The notes below the pieces were generated by a model. It was given only the letters and a program-made list of their open reading frames with translations. It was not told where the DNA came from and searched no databases. A stretch of 64,000 nt of DNA from Candidatus Heimdallarchaeota archaeon (GTDB lineage Archaea > Asgardarchaeota > Heimdallarchaeia > Heimdallarchaeales > Heimdallarchaeaceae): assembly GCA_019057815.1 (NCBI GenBank), contig JAHLWR010000003.1, forward strand, positions 128,001-192,000. The letters are read 5' to 3'. A program made the position numbers and the translations under genes. The first letter of the stretch is position 1. Each line of letters opens with the position of its first letter. Shown piece by piece: positions 30,090 to 40,183 of the stretch.

Positions 30090-31226
30090 ATGGTAGGAAA
30101 AACAGTAACATTAACAGGAAATTTTGCAGCAGGAAAAGCAGCAGAAATGGCAAAACCAAAAGTAATAGCAGTCTACCCTATCACGCCTCAAACAGATATA
30201 ATCGAATATCTCAGTGGTTTAGTTAGTTCAGGGAAACTCGATGCTCGTTTTATAACAGTGGAATCGGAGCATTCTGCTCTTGCAGCATGCGCAGGAGCTG
30301 CTTGGAGTGGAGTGAGAACTTTTACAGCAACAAGTAGCCAAGGATTATTGTACATGGGCGAATGGGTCTTCTGGTCAGGTTATGGAAGATTACCAATAAT
30401 CATGCCTGTTGTTAATAGATGTCTAGCTCCAGGATGGAGTATCTTCGTTGATTTGCAAGATTCTATGGCTTTCCGCGATGCAGGATGGATTCAAATCTAC
30501 ACTAAAAACAACCAAGAAGTGTTTGATACAGTTCTTCAAGCTTTCAAGATTGGAGAGAGTAAAGATATTTCTCTACCTGTTATGCCATGTTTAGATGGTT
30601 TTGTTTTAAGTCATACAACAGCGAAAGTAGAATTACCTGACCCAGAAGAAGCTTACAGCTTTGTTGGGGATTATTCAGATCCTGTTGTTGAAGTAGATGT
30701 CGATAATCCTTGGGCTTATGGAGGTTTAGTTGGTCCTGAACAATTCAACATAGCTCGAAGAGACTTAATGAAAGCAATGGAAAGAGCTAAAGAAAAAATA
30801 ATTAAAGTAAACAAGGAGTTCGAAGAAACTTTCGGTAGAAGTTACGGAAATGGGTTAATAGAACAATATGGGGACGATGATGCTGACTTGACGTTGATAA
30901 CTATGGGTACAATGGGAGATGAAGCTGATGAAGCAATAGATCAATTAAAACAGGAAGGCTACAAAGTCAATGGAGTTAGAGTGCGTACTTTTCGTCCTTT
31001 CCCTGTTGAGGATATCGTCCGTATTGCAAAGAAAAATCGTAAGCTGTTTGTTCTAGATAGAGCTGTGTCTTTTGGTCATGAAGGACCTTTAAGAATTGAA
31101 ATTGAAGCAGTACTAAAGAGACATAACCTTGACATTCCTATAAGTGGTGATATTGTAGGACTAGGTGGAGAATCAGTTCCTTTCAAGAGAATAATGAAAA
31201 TAGCAAAGGAGGCTCTAAGGAGTTAA
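30090..31226 (+). CDS. porA: 2-oxoacid:ferredoxin oxidoreductase alpha subunit
   Basis: YPITPQT, ESEHSA, TATSSQGL, DGFVLSH, FRPFP. Confidence 0.95.
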   Translation: MVGKTVTLTGNFAAGKAAEMAKPKVIAVYPITPQTDIIEYLSGLVSSGKLDARFITVESEHSALAACAGAAWSGVRTFTATSSQGLLYMGEWVFWSGYGRLPIIMPVVNRCLAPGWSIFVDLQDSMAFRDAGWIQIYTKNNQEVFDTVLQAFKIGESKDISLPVMPCLDGFVLSHTTAKVELPDPEEAYSFVGDYSDPVVEVDVDNPWAYGGLVGPEQFNIARRDLMKAMERAKEKIIKVNKEFEETFGRSYGNGLIEQYGDDDADLTLITMGTMGDEADEAIDQLKQEGYKVNGVRVRTFRPFPVEDIVRIAKKNRKLFVLDRAVSFGHEGPLRIEIEAVLKRHNLDIPISGDIVGLGGESVPFKRIMKIAKEALRS

Positions 31227-31229
31227 GAG

Positions 31230-32138
31230 GTGGAAGAAATGGGTACAAAATTAAAAGATTTAATGAATAATCCCAAAGAAGCTTTTTATAAAGGACATTT
31301 TGCTTGCGCTGGATGTGGTTCTGTTTTAGCGCTAAGGCACGCTATTGGTGCTATTGCTGATAAAGTCATTTTAGTAGTTCCAGCATGTTGTACATCAGTT
31401 TATCAAGGATCAGGTAAAGGAGTATCATTCAATGTTCCTACAATAAATACAGCTTTTGCGTCTTCAGACTCTGTAGCTTCTGGAATAAAAGCTGCGATGG
31501 AAATGAAGGGAAAAGATGTACATGTAGTCGTTTGGGCAGGTGATGGTGGTACCGCTGATATAGGTATCGCTACTTTGATAGGAGCTTGTGATAGAGAAGA
31601 AGACATTCTGCACATCATGTATTCAAACAATGTTTACAGTAATACTGGTGGTCAAAGGTCTGGTGATACACCTATTGGTGCAAGAACTTCTACTACTCCT
31701 GATGGTAATACCACTGCTAGAAAAATGGTTCCCTTTATTATGATGGCTGATAATGCAAAGTATGTTGCTACGGCTAGTGTTGCTCATCTCACTGATCTTG
31801 TAGACAAAGTCAAAAAAGCAGTTTCTCTCAAAGGTTTTAAATTCATCCAGATTGACGCAACTTGTCCTGTAGCTTGGAAAGTCGATTTCTCCAATAGCAT
31901 TGAAGTTGCTAGGCTAGCTGTTCAGACTGGTATATGGCCTCTCTTTGAATGGGATCGTGACATAGGAAAAGTTACTATCAGTCGTCCAAGTCAAAAATAT
32001 CTTGATAAAGAACATAGAAAACCTATCACTGAATGGACAGAAATTCAAGGTAGATTTAGAGGAATTACGGAGGAACAGCTCAAAGCTCTGGATGCTGACA
32101 CTGACAGACAATGGGATTTCATCAAGAAGTTTCTTTAA
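31230..32138 (+). CDS. porB: 2-oxoacid:ferredoxin oxidoreductase beta subunit
   Basis: GHFACAGCG, TPP motif GDGG...NTGGQRS. Confidence 0.95.
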   Translation: MEEMGTKLKDLMNNPKEAFYKGHFACAGCGSVLALRHAIGAIADKVILVVPACCTSVYQGSGKGVSFNVPTINTAFASSDSVASGIKAAMEMKGKDVHVVVWAGDGGTADIGIATLIGACDREEDILHIMYSNNVYSNTGGQRSGDTPIGARTSTTPDGNTTARKMVPFIMMADNAKYVATASVAHLTDLVDKVKKAVSLKGFKFIQIDATCPVAWKVDFSNSIEVARLAVQTGIWPLFEWDRDIGKVTISRPSQKYLDKEHRKPITEWTEIQGRFRGITEEQLKALDADTDRQWDFIKKFL

Positions 32139-32143
32139 TCTCG

Positions 32144-32157
32144 TTTTTTTTCTTTTT
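32144..32157 (+). terminator. Oligo-T archaeal terminator after por operon
   Basis: T-tract directly after the porB stop. Confidence 0.45.
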
Positions 32158-32258
32158 ACCTCTATTATTTTTTTCATAATGTTCCATTACCCTCATCGAT
32201 GATTTAATAACAAATGTAGAATCTTGTTCACCAAGACTGTTAGGAAGAGAAATAAACA

Positions 32259-32879
32259 GTGGACGAACTTTACAACATGATATATAGCTTTATACAAAGT
32301 GCTATTACATTAAAAAAACTCCCAAGACAAGGATGGATTAGGGTGGGGATTCCCATCTCACAGATTGAGAGTATAGCAGATCATTCCTATAATACTGCTA
32401 TGTTATCATTGCTCTTGTGTGATTTACATAATTCTCTCTATCCTGAAAGTGTATTAGAGGCCGAAACTGTCATGCGGATTGCAATAGTTCATGATTTACC
32501 TGAATGTGAATACCAAGATTTTGATAGACAACTAGAACTTCTTTTAGGGAAGGATAAATATCAAGAATTCAAAGGGCAAGTTATCACTAGTGCTAGTACT
32601 GAACTACTATCTCTCATTCTTAATGAAGAAGTTAAAAAAATATGGAAACAATCTCTTGATGGATATGCAACTAAAAACTCTAGAGAAGCTAAATTTGTTT
32701 CATACATAGATAAACTAGAAGTTTTAGTCCAAGCCTTATCTTATGAAGCTTTAGGTTATCATGAAGTGCTATTTGATGATTTTTGGAATAGTTCAATGGA
32801 TTATTTGAATAACTGTCCTTTCGATGTTATTAACAACATACTAACAGTATTAAAAGAGGAAAGAGCAACTTTACATTAA
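32259..32879 (+). CDS. HD-domain hydrolase (YfbR/HDDC2-like nucleotidase)
   Basis: LKKLPRQGW, ESIADHS, HDLPE, DKLE. Confidence 0.9.
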   Translation: MDELYNMIYSFIQSAITLKKLPRQGWIRVGIPISQIESIADHSYNTAMLSLLLCDLHNSLYPESVLEAETVMRIAIVHDLPECEYQDFDRQLELLLGKDKYQEFKGQVITSASTELLSLILNEEVKKIWKQSLDGYATKNSREAKFVSYIDKLEVLVQALSYEALGYHEVLFDDFWNSSMDYLNNCPFDVINNILTVLKEERATLH

Positions 32880-33031
32880 TAAGTTTGTTCTTCTCAAGCA
32901 TTTAAAATACCTACTGATGAAACTATAACAGCATTTATTAAGAATTAATCAATTAAAATTATAAGCATATAGTATATTTGTATTCGTTCGAAACATAGTT
33001 CTGAAGAATCCAGCAAAAAGGTGAAAAAAAA

Positions 33032-34225
33032 GTGGACAAAGAAGATAAATTCATCGTTTTGAAAATCTCTCCCTTCCAACTACCATTTCTTCGTGATTTA
33101 GGCATTAAAGTAGTTGCTATGATCACTTTCGATTTAATGTACGGTCCCATTTGCTATCTTCGAGAATTATCTAGATCTAATTTTGCTCTAGGTCTTAAAG
33201 AGGTTGGTTCCTTAAGTGAAATCTACACAGGTTTTGCTAGAAAGAATTTAGATGTAGTTACAAGTTTAGAGGAAAGGATAGTAATTGGAAGATATCTCTC
33301 AAAAGAAGATGATGTAGAAAACGTTACTATTCTTCTTTTTGTATGCGTTCCAACAGCTGATTTGAGAAAACTCACCAAATTTGCAAGGTCTCTATCAGAA
33401 AAAACACAAGGTGATCCATCAAAATTTGATGATTCTCTTAAATTGTTAATTAACTATGAAAAAGAAGCAGCACATAAAATCTTGATTTCAAGAAAAGATG
33501 AAGAGTACAAGGGACTTTCAGTAGATGATGTTTCAGTAGTTAAAGGAACTGAATTCAATAACTTCTCAGGGTTCCTATTTATTCAGTACCAAAAAGGGAT
33601 TGTTGATGGGAGGTTTTTCCCAAAAATTATTGATAATAAAAAAGTAGATCTCATTAGTTTAATCAAGTTCGTTGACACACAAAAGAATGAAGCTGATTTA
33701 AAATCAGGTGAGATAATAAGTTTGTATTATAAAGGATTAGAACTCTTAGTTCACAAACATAATGAATATGATTCCATAATGGTGGGAGCTAAAAAAACAC
33801 AAAGCAGAATAAATTTTTCTTATCTTCAAACATGGTTTAATCACTTTTTCAATACTTATTGTAATATTGCTGGACAAAGTAAGGCTGATGCAACGTTAGA
33901 AACATTAGTTTATTTGGATAAAAACATCTCAAAACAACCAAAAAAGTATGTAATTTCAGAATTCTTGGATTTAATTATACATTCAGAAAATGATTATCCT
34001 GAAATAACAGAACTTCCAATGGTAATAAAAGAACAGGGATATGTTACACTTAAGAAAGAATTCGAACTTTTTATTGAAAACATTGAGTTGTTTCAAGGTG
34101 ATTGTTCAATAAAGAAAATAAGCCAAACACTATCAGTACCAATTTCTTTAATAGTAAATTTCATTTTATTTCTAAAATCAAGAGGATTTTTGGAAGTATA
34201 CAGAAAAAAAAAGTCCAAAGGATAG
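33032..34225 (+). CDS. uDENN/NPRL2-like longin protein with C-terminal winged helix
   Basis: VAMITFDLMYGP motif; C-terminal FQGDCSIKKISQTL...LKSRGFL. Confidence 0.5.
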   Translation: MDKEDKFIVLKISPFQLPFLRDLGIKVVAMITFDLMYGPICYLRELSRSNFALGLKEVGSLSEIYTGFARKNLDVVTSLEERIVIGRYLSKEDDVENVTILLFVCVPTADLRKLTKFARSLSEKTQGDPSKFDDSLKLLINYEKEAAHKILISRKDEEYKGLSVDDVSVVKGTEFNNFSGFLFIQYQKGIVDGRFFPKIIDNKKVDLISLIKFVDTQKNEADLKSGEIISLYYKGLELLVHKHNEYDSIMVGAKKTQSRINFSYLQTWFNHFFNTYCNIAGQSKADATLETLVYLDKNISKQPKKYVISEFLDLIIHSENDYPEITELPMVIKEQGYVTLKKEFELFIENIELFQGDCSIKKISQTLSVPISLIVNFILFLKSRGFLEVYRKKKSKG

Positions 34226-34377
34226 AATCAAGTAGATAGAATTTTGTTTTCACCACTTTGTGCGAAACTACCACAATCATCAAATAGTCGGAAATCCTTC
34301 TGTTAATAAAATAATTCAAATAATTAAGATTCAGCAATAATAAATAATTTGAGTTAAGGATTCTTGGTGTATATATT

Positions 34378-35379
34378 ATGAAAAGAATTTCACTAGAAAC
34401 TAACCCTACTGAAGAAATAGTCACTAATAATCTAAACTTATTACTTCAGTTGTCAGCTGTAAAAGCGTCAAAAATATTAGAGGATTTAGATGTATTCCCA
34501 TTACTAAATCGTCCTAGATCGCCTGAAGAAATTTTTCATATGTTGAATTTCAACACATTAGATCAAGAATTCCAATTATTATATGAGATACTTGCAGAAA
34601 TGGGACTATTAACGAAGCAAGGAGATTTCTACTCTGAACCCCCTAATAGACGTAAAAAGCAAGAATATATAGAAACGGAATTAGAAGAAAAAGAAAATGA
34701 GTTAATAAGACCATTTTATCCAATATTAGATAGAATCTCTTCAAAATACAAAGCAATTATCAAAGGTGAATATGGTAAATTGATAAATAAAGAGTTTCTG
34801 GAAATGATGGATTCCTTATATGGTTCTGAGTTTTTCTTTCAGATGAGAGAACTGATGTTTAAAAGTATTGCAACTCGTCTCCCGATTTTTGATAGAATGG
34901 ATAAAGTTACAGTCCTTAATTTTGGTGTAGGATCTGGTTATGAAGCACTTCATATTGCTGATTTTTTTGGTGAAAAAGTCTCAATGACAAGCATTGAACC
35001 AGATGAAGAGATAAATAGATGTTTTGTTTTACAAGATTTATACGAAATCTATAATGTTGACTTCATCAAACAATCAGAAATAGATATTACTGGTTTCGAG
35101 AATAAGGTTGACCTTCTTATAATTAATAGGGTGCAATTAAGTAGAAACATAAAGAAACTGATACCTATAATTCAGAAAGTTTTGAATGAGGAAGGTTATC
35201 TTGCTATCTCATTTTTACCACAATTATCACTAGCTCTGGATTGGGGATTAGGAATCTATAGGCAAAATGAGTACCTTTTCACAAAGGATGAAATGATTGC
35301 CAAATTAAAACATTTTGGCTTCTCTAGAATGAAATTTATAGGTATGAAAAATAATTTTGTAGCCCTTCAAAAATCATAG
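34378..35379 (+). CDS. Class I SAM methyltransferase-like protein with N-terminal wHTH
   Basis: LAEMGLL wH; VLNFGVGSG; LNEEGYL. Confidence 0.65.
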   Translation: MKRISLETNPTEEIVTNNLNLLLQLSAVKASKILEDLDVFPLLNRPRSPEEIFHMLNFNTLDQEFQLLYEILAEMGLLTKQGDFYSEPPNRRKKQEYIETELEEKENELIRPFYPILDRISSKYKAIIKGEYGKLINKEFLEMMDSLYGSEFFFQMRELMFKSIATRLPIFDRMDKVTVLNFGVGSGYEALHIADFFGEKVSMTSIEPDEEINRCFVLQDLYEIYNVDFIKQSEIDITGFENKVDLLIINRVQLSRNIKKLIPIIQKVLNEEGYLAISFLPQLSLALDWGLGIYRQNEYLFTKDEMIAKLKHFGFSRMKFIGMKNNFVALQKS

Positions 35380-35392
35380 AAAAAGAAAGGGA

Positions 35393-36532
35393 TTATTTTT
35401 TCTTCCCTAAATCTAATTTAGTTTTTTCTGACAATTCTGGTATAATTTGTAAGAATGGAACAATAGCATTAGCTATAGCTGAAAAAGCGTCATCCTTTGA
35501 ACCTGTAATGATCATTTTGTCAATTTCTAAGTTTTGATATATCTCAGGAAGTTTTTCAATAATCATTTCTTGGAATAGACGAGCATCAGCTTTTCCTAAA
35601 GCTTCAATTCGCTTAAGGATACCTTCTGCTTCAGCAGTCTTAGCTTCTCTAATGATGGTAGCTTCTCCTCTAGCTCGAGATTCAATTTCAAACTGTCTGG
35701 CTTCTGCTAATTTCATGATTTTCCCTGCTTCAGCTTCAGCCTCAATTTGGATTTTTGTTTGAAAAGTTTGAGCTTCTACTTCTGTTCTTCGTCTCTCTAA
35801 TTCCTGTACTCTGATGTCTTTTTCTTTCTCCTTTGAATCTACTTCTAATCCTACTTCTTGTTTCTCTATGCCTACCTTACGGCTAACTTTGAGCTCTCGT
35901 AGTTGAGTAACTTCTTCCATTTCAGCGCTCTTTAAGCGAGCTAATTTCTCCTGCTCAATTTTCATGATAGCACTAACATTGGCTTTTAAGTTAGGGTCAA
36001 TAATTTCTATTTCTCTGATTTCACAAGACTCGATTAAAAGTCCCCAATCCTTCGTTAGTGTGTGTAATTCTTTTGTGACTGCTTCAATTATTGCTTGACG
36101 GTCACGAATAATTTTTTCTAGTGGCATATTTGCACAAGTAGTTCGAATAATACTCTCTGCAGCATTTTTTATAATAGTCTCTACATAAGCTGATGATTTT
36201 ATATCCCAAGATGTTCGAGAAAAAGCAACTTCTGGGTCGATAACTCTCCAAAAAACGAATGCGGAAACACTGATTTCTTGAAATTCTCTTGAAACTACCT
36301 TCTCTTTGGCTTCAAGAAACGTGCTTTGAGTTGTAACTGGAATCACCCTTACTTCATCTATAAGTGGAAGAACAACAGCTTTTCCACCAATACCAGCTTT
36401 GATAACTTTCCCACCTCTAAAGTGAATCATGTATTGTGATGACACGAATTTCTTATATCTTGAGGCATAAAACATTACAAATAGGACGAACACTACTGCA
36501 AATCCTATAATCACATAACCATATACTTCCAT
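35393..36532 (-). CDS. SPFH/flotillin-like protein
   Basis: N-terminal TM, band-7 domain, EA-rich coiled coil (AEAEA). Confidence 0.9.
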   Translation of the reverse strand: MEVYGYVIIGFAVVFVLFVMFYASRYKKFVSSQYMIHFRGGKVIKAGIGGKAVVLPLIDEVRVIPVTTQSTFLEAKEKVVSREFQEISVSAFVFWRVIDPEVAFSRTSWDIKSSAYVETIIKNAAESIIRTTCANMPLEKIIRDRQAIIEAVTKELHTLTKDWGLLIESCEIREIEIIDPNLKANVSAIMKIEQEKLARLKSAEMEEVTQLRELKVSRKVGIEKQEVGLEVDSKEKEKDIRVQELERRRTEVEAQTFQTKIQIEAEAEAGKIMKLAEARQFEIESRARGEATIIREAKTAEAEGILKRIEALGKADARLFQEMIIEKLPEIYQNLEIDKMIITGSKDDAFSAIANAIVPFLQIIPELSEKTKLDLGKKK

Positions 36533-36602
36533 TGTTGATTTTTCCTCCTGTTATTAAATATCTGAATGTAGAGGTATCTCCTTATGAGAGTAACTGCTTC
36601 TT

Positions 36603-37364
36603 CTACTTGTCAACAAGATATACTTTGTTTTTGAATGCTACTATACGAACATTTTCTTCTCGTTCAAACCGATCATAATAATTGAAGCTTTTTGCATTGA
36701 GCTTTTGAGTCCCCATTCCTTCACCTAGATCAACAAAGATCATTCCGCCCCTAGAATCGACAGGGACATATACTTGGGCTGAATGACCGATTAGAACTAT
36801 TCCTTTCTTTACAGGAATAGAAGTTGTTGAAGAAATTTTCCTCCAAATCTTTGAAATTATTAGAGCTAACAAATATGGAGTTATTATTACAGCTACTATT
36901 CTTAATATCCTTAAATAAAGCTCTGTTGTTTCAAGTTTCAATGTTGTAACACCTATTATTCCAAACATCAAAAAATATGTTGAGAGTATCAAGAATATTG
37001 GAGCTGATGAAGAAGTTACATCACTCAAAGCTGTGTGATCAACAGTTGTACTACTACTTGAAGAAACTAAATCTTTCTCTAGTGTTACCTCGTGATCTAC
37101 TGCAACATCGTGATCTACTGTAATGTCATGGTCAACAGCAATGTCATGGTCAACAGCAACATCGTGGTCAACAGCAACATCGTGGTCAACAGCAACATCG
37201 TGGTCAACAGCAACATCGTGGTCTCCAATACCAAATGCATGGAGAAAATTCTCTATATTAAGAAATACTGAAACAAAAACGAAAATTCCTCCACTTATTA
37301 GGAGAGCTAAAGCTATATTCCAAAGAACATTTTCAAATCCCACTAAGAAGCTGTCATATGCCAA
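36603..37364 (-). CDS. NfeD-like (YqiJ/YuaF type) flotillin partner
   Basis: 3 TM plus C-terminal OB fold; directly upstream of the SPFH gene. Confidence 0.8.
   Translation of the reverse strand: MAYDSFLVGFENVLWNIALALLISGGIFVFVSVFLNIENFLHAFGIGDHDVAVDHDVAVDHDVAVDHDVAVDHDIAVDHDITVDHDVAVDHEVTLEKDLVSSSSSTTVDHTALSDVTSSSAPIFLILSTYFLMFGIIGVTTLKLETTELYLRILRIVAVIITPYLLALIISKIWRKISSTTSIPVKKGIVLIGHSAQVYVPVDSRGGMIFVDLGEGMGTQKLNAKSFNYYDRFEREENVRIVAFKNKVYLVDK
37087..37223 (-). repeat. 18-bp tandem repeat (about 8 units) encoding DHDVAV
   Basis: (gtcaacagcaacatcgtg)n visible directly. Confidence 0.9.
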
Positions 37365-37532
37365 CTTACCACTACCTTTCAGACTGTATCAAGTGAATAA
37401 TGTACATACCCTTTTAAAAACCTTAACAAACGAATAATGAACAATAAAAGCTATATTAGCAAAATTTCCAATAATAATCGAATCAAAAAATAACCTTTAA
37501 TTAGATATATGTGAATTTATTTTTGGAAACCT

Positions 37533-38966
37533 TTGATAGAGGAAAGTGAAACAAGCTATAATTTGTGCATAGATGAGCTCAAGAAGAACAATATAACCGC
37601 TAAAATTCATGAAATTAGTGATAAAAATCTCCAAAATATTGATTCTGCAGTTCAAAATAAGATTGAGAGTGTCTTTAAAATAGCATCGCTATATAATTGC
37701 GCAATAGGTGTTATAGGGGGCTTTGTTAGAGATTTGTTATTGGGAAATCCAAGTCATGATATTGATTTCGTTGTTTTTAAAGGAAATATCAACAAATTGA
37801 CAAAGATAATAGGTCACGAATTAAATGGTAAGATTGGGAAAATGAGCAATCAAACATTTACAACACAAATTAGGTTTCCAGATGGTATTATTTTCGAATT
37901 TAACTCAACTCGTAAAGAACATTATGAACATCCTTCAAGAATGCCAATAGTTGAAAAAGGAACATTAGTTGATGATTTGTTTAGGAGAGATTTTACAATA
38001 AATGCTTTTATAATGTTTGGAAAAAAGTACATTGATGTTTTTGACGGCACGAATGATTTACAGAATATGATCATACAAACCACTCGTGAACCAACTGTTG
38101 TATTTCGAGAAGATTATTTGCGGATGTTTAGAGCGATTAGATTCTCTTGTATGTTAAATTTCGAGATAGATAAAAGAGTAAAAGAGGGAATAAAGAAAAA
38201 TGTAGAAAATCTCAAAATTGTTCCTCATGAACGCATTTTAGATGAACTCAAACGCTCAATAAGTTCAAACCCTCTAAAAGCTTTCAGATTAATGGTTAAT
38301 CTGAATATTTTTGAAACAATCTTCCCTGAAATTAAGAATTATCCTTTAGAAGATTGCTTCTTCCTTCCTGTCACTGTTTGGAAAAAAATCGAACAAAAAC
38401 TCAGATATATGCTTGATAATAAAATCACTGATAGCACTTTCTTGATAGCTGTTATCCTTCTAGAATTCGATTTAGATATGACATTAGAAAAGAACGAGAC
38501 AGAATTCGAAGAATTCCGAGACATCCTAAACAAAATTCTAAAGCGATTGAAGTTCTCTAATAGGGAAGTGCAACGAATAAAAATCTATTATAAATTCAGG
38601 CACTCTCTCTTCAAATTCTGCGATTTTGATCCTTCAATTTTGGAAATTCGTTTGTTTTTACGTTCAGTTCATCCATTGTTAGATGATTTTATCTTACTCT
38701 CTCTAGCAGAAAATGAAACTAGACGGTTTCCATGTGATATGAAGAGAATAATCACTAGACTAAGAGAAGTAAGCAATAAACCAGAACTAATACAATTTAT
38801 GCCAAGATTAAATGGGCATGAAATGAATGAATTATTTGGTTTTGAAGGTAGGGTCATTGGAGATGTAAAGCTGTTACTAGTTACAGCTATAATGAATGAA
38901 GAGATAATTAATACACGTGAATCTTGTATAAACTACTTAGAAAAGAACAAATGGAAAATTCTCTGA
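37533..38966 (+). CDS. cca: Class II CCA tRNA nucleotidyltransferase
   Basis: GGFVRD..DIDF, RKEHY..SRMP loop, RRDFTINA, EDYLR..RAIRF. Confidence 0.85.
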   Translation: MIEESETSYNLCIDELKKNNITAKIHEISDKNLQNIDSAVQNKIESVFKIASLYNCAIGVIGGFVRDLLLGNPSHDIDFVVFKGNINKLTKIIGHELNGKIGKMSNQTFTTQIRFPDGIIFEFNSTRKEHYEHPSRMPIVEKGTLVDDLFRRDFTINAFIMFGKKYIDVFDGTNDLQNMIIQTTREPTVVFREDYLRMFRAIRFSCMLNFEIDKRVKEGIKKNVENLKIVPHERILDELKRSISSNPLKAFRLMVNLNIFETIFPEIKNYPLEDCFFLPVTVWKKIEQKLRYMLDNKITDSTFLIAVILLEFDLDMTLEKNETEFEEFRDILNKILKRLKFSNREVQRIKIYYKFRHSLFKFCDFDPSILEIRLFLRSVHPLLDDFILLSLAENETRRFPCDMKRIITRLREVSNKPELIQFMPRLNGHEMNELFGFEGRVIGDVKLLLVTAIMNEEIINTRESCINYLEKNKWKIL

Positions 38967-39085
38967 AAAACTTGTTAGCTTGATTTACATATCTGTAGGA
39001 AAAAGATGCACATTCGATATTTTTATTGATGGAGGGGATTAGATGACGAATAAAACCCCGAATCAAGAGGTAGAAGTAAGTTTAA

Positions 39086-39991
39086 ATGGAAGTTCTCGAA
39101 ATTTCGTTTATGTCAAGAGTCAAACTTTTTACTGATGCTTCTAGTTTTTTTCCTATAGATTTAGCCAAAAAGGAAAACGTTGTATTGCTCGAATCAATAG
39201 TAATGATGGGTGATAAACATTATCGTGAGATATCAGAATTAAACCGTGAAGATTTTATAAATAGTTTAGAATCTTTAGATCCTTATCCTACAAGTACCCA
39301 AGTTCCAGCAAGTGATGTTTTAGAAGAACTAAACAAAGCAATTGAAGAAGGATATGATGAGATTTTGTATTTAGTTGTGTCTACTCACCTTTCAAATGCT
39401 ATAAATTCAATGAATATTGCTTCAAAAAAAGTAAAAGACAAAATAAAAGTAACAATTTATCAGACTGATTACACTTGTACAGCCCAAGGAGCTATGACAT
39501 ATAGAGCTTGGACTATGCTAAAAGATGGTAAGTCAATTGAGGAGATAATAAAAGTTCTTGATTATGTGAAAGAAAAAACCTATTCGATAGGTGTTTCAGG
39601 AAGTTTCTTTGCTCTCTTTAGAACTGGTAAAGTTAAGAAGGGTGCAGCAATAAGTATCTTATCTTCTGCATTAAAAATGAAACCATTAGCAGAAATTAAC
39701 ACTACAGATGGTGTAATCGGTGTTGGTGCAGGATTAGGTTTTAAGAATGCTATAAAAAAGATGGTGAAACACATAAAGGAAAACACTGATCCAAATATGA
39801 CATATGACTTGTTTTTATCGGACGCTTTGAATAAAGAATTACTAAAACAGTACGAAGCTGCTATTATGAAAAATCGAAAAATTGAAAAATCCTATCATTG
39901 GGACTTAACAGCTGTTGTTGCCTTAACAATTGGAAAGGGCAGCGTTATGATGGCAATAACTCCTTCAGAAAAAGAGTTAGAAAAATTGTAA
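39086..39991 (+). CDS. DegV family protein
   Basis: FTDAS, TSTQVP, VSTHLS, KPL. Confidence 0.85.
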   Translation: MEVLEISFMSRVKLFTDASSFFPIDLAKKENVVLLESIVMMGDKHYREISELNREDFINSLESLDPYPTSTQVPASDVLEELNKAIEEGYDEILYLVVSTHLSNAINSMNIASKKVKDKIKVTIYQTDYTCTAQGAMTYRAWTMLKDGKSIEEIIKVLDYVKEKTYSIGVSGSFFALFRTGKVKKGAAISILSSALKMKPLAEINTTDGVIGVGAGLGFKNAIKKMVKHIKENTDPNMTYDLFLSDALNKELLKQYEAAIMKNRKIEKSYHWDLTAVVALTIGKGSVMMAITPSEKELEKL

Positions 39992-40043
39992 TCGCTTCCT
40001 TATTCTCTTTTTAAACCAGTTTTTTGGATTTAACGAACAATGT

Positions 40044-40076
40044 AGAAGTCCCCTTCCTTTGGGTAGGGGAAGTTCA
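40044..40076 (+). mobile_element. Solitary IS200/IS605-type right-end hairpin
   Basis: AGAAGTCCCCTTCCTTTGGGTAGGGGAAGTTCA, a GC-rich hairpin ending in TTCA. Confidence 0.55.
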
Positions 40077-40183
40077 TTTCCAATATTCAGAAAAACAAGT
40101 AAATCATTGATATTGAAGAAAAAAAAGGAAAACTGAGAATATAACTCAGATTCCAATTTCATAGAATGGGTGTTCAATTATCA

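Noticed and set aside
37123-37437. Plus-strand ORF with SWSTAT repeats
   Set aside because: Antisense shadow of the DHDVAV repeat
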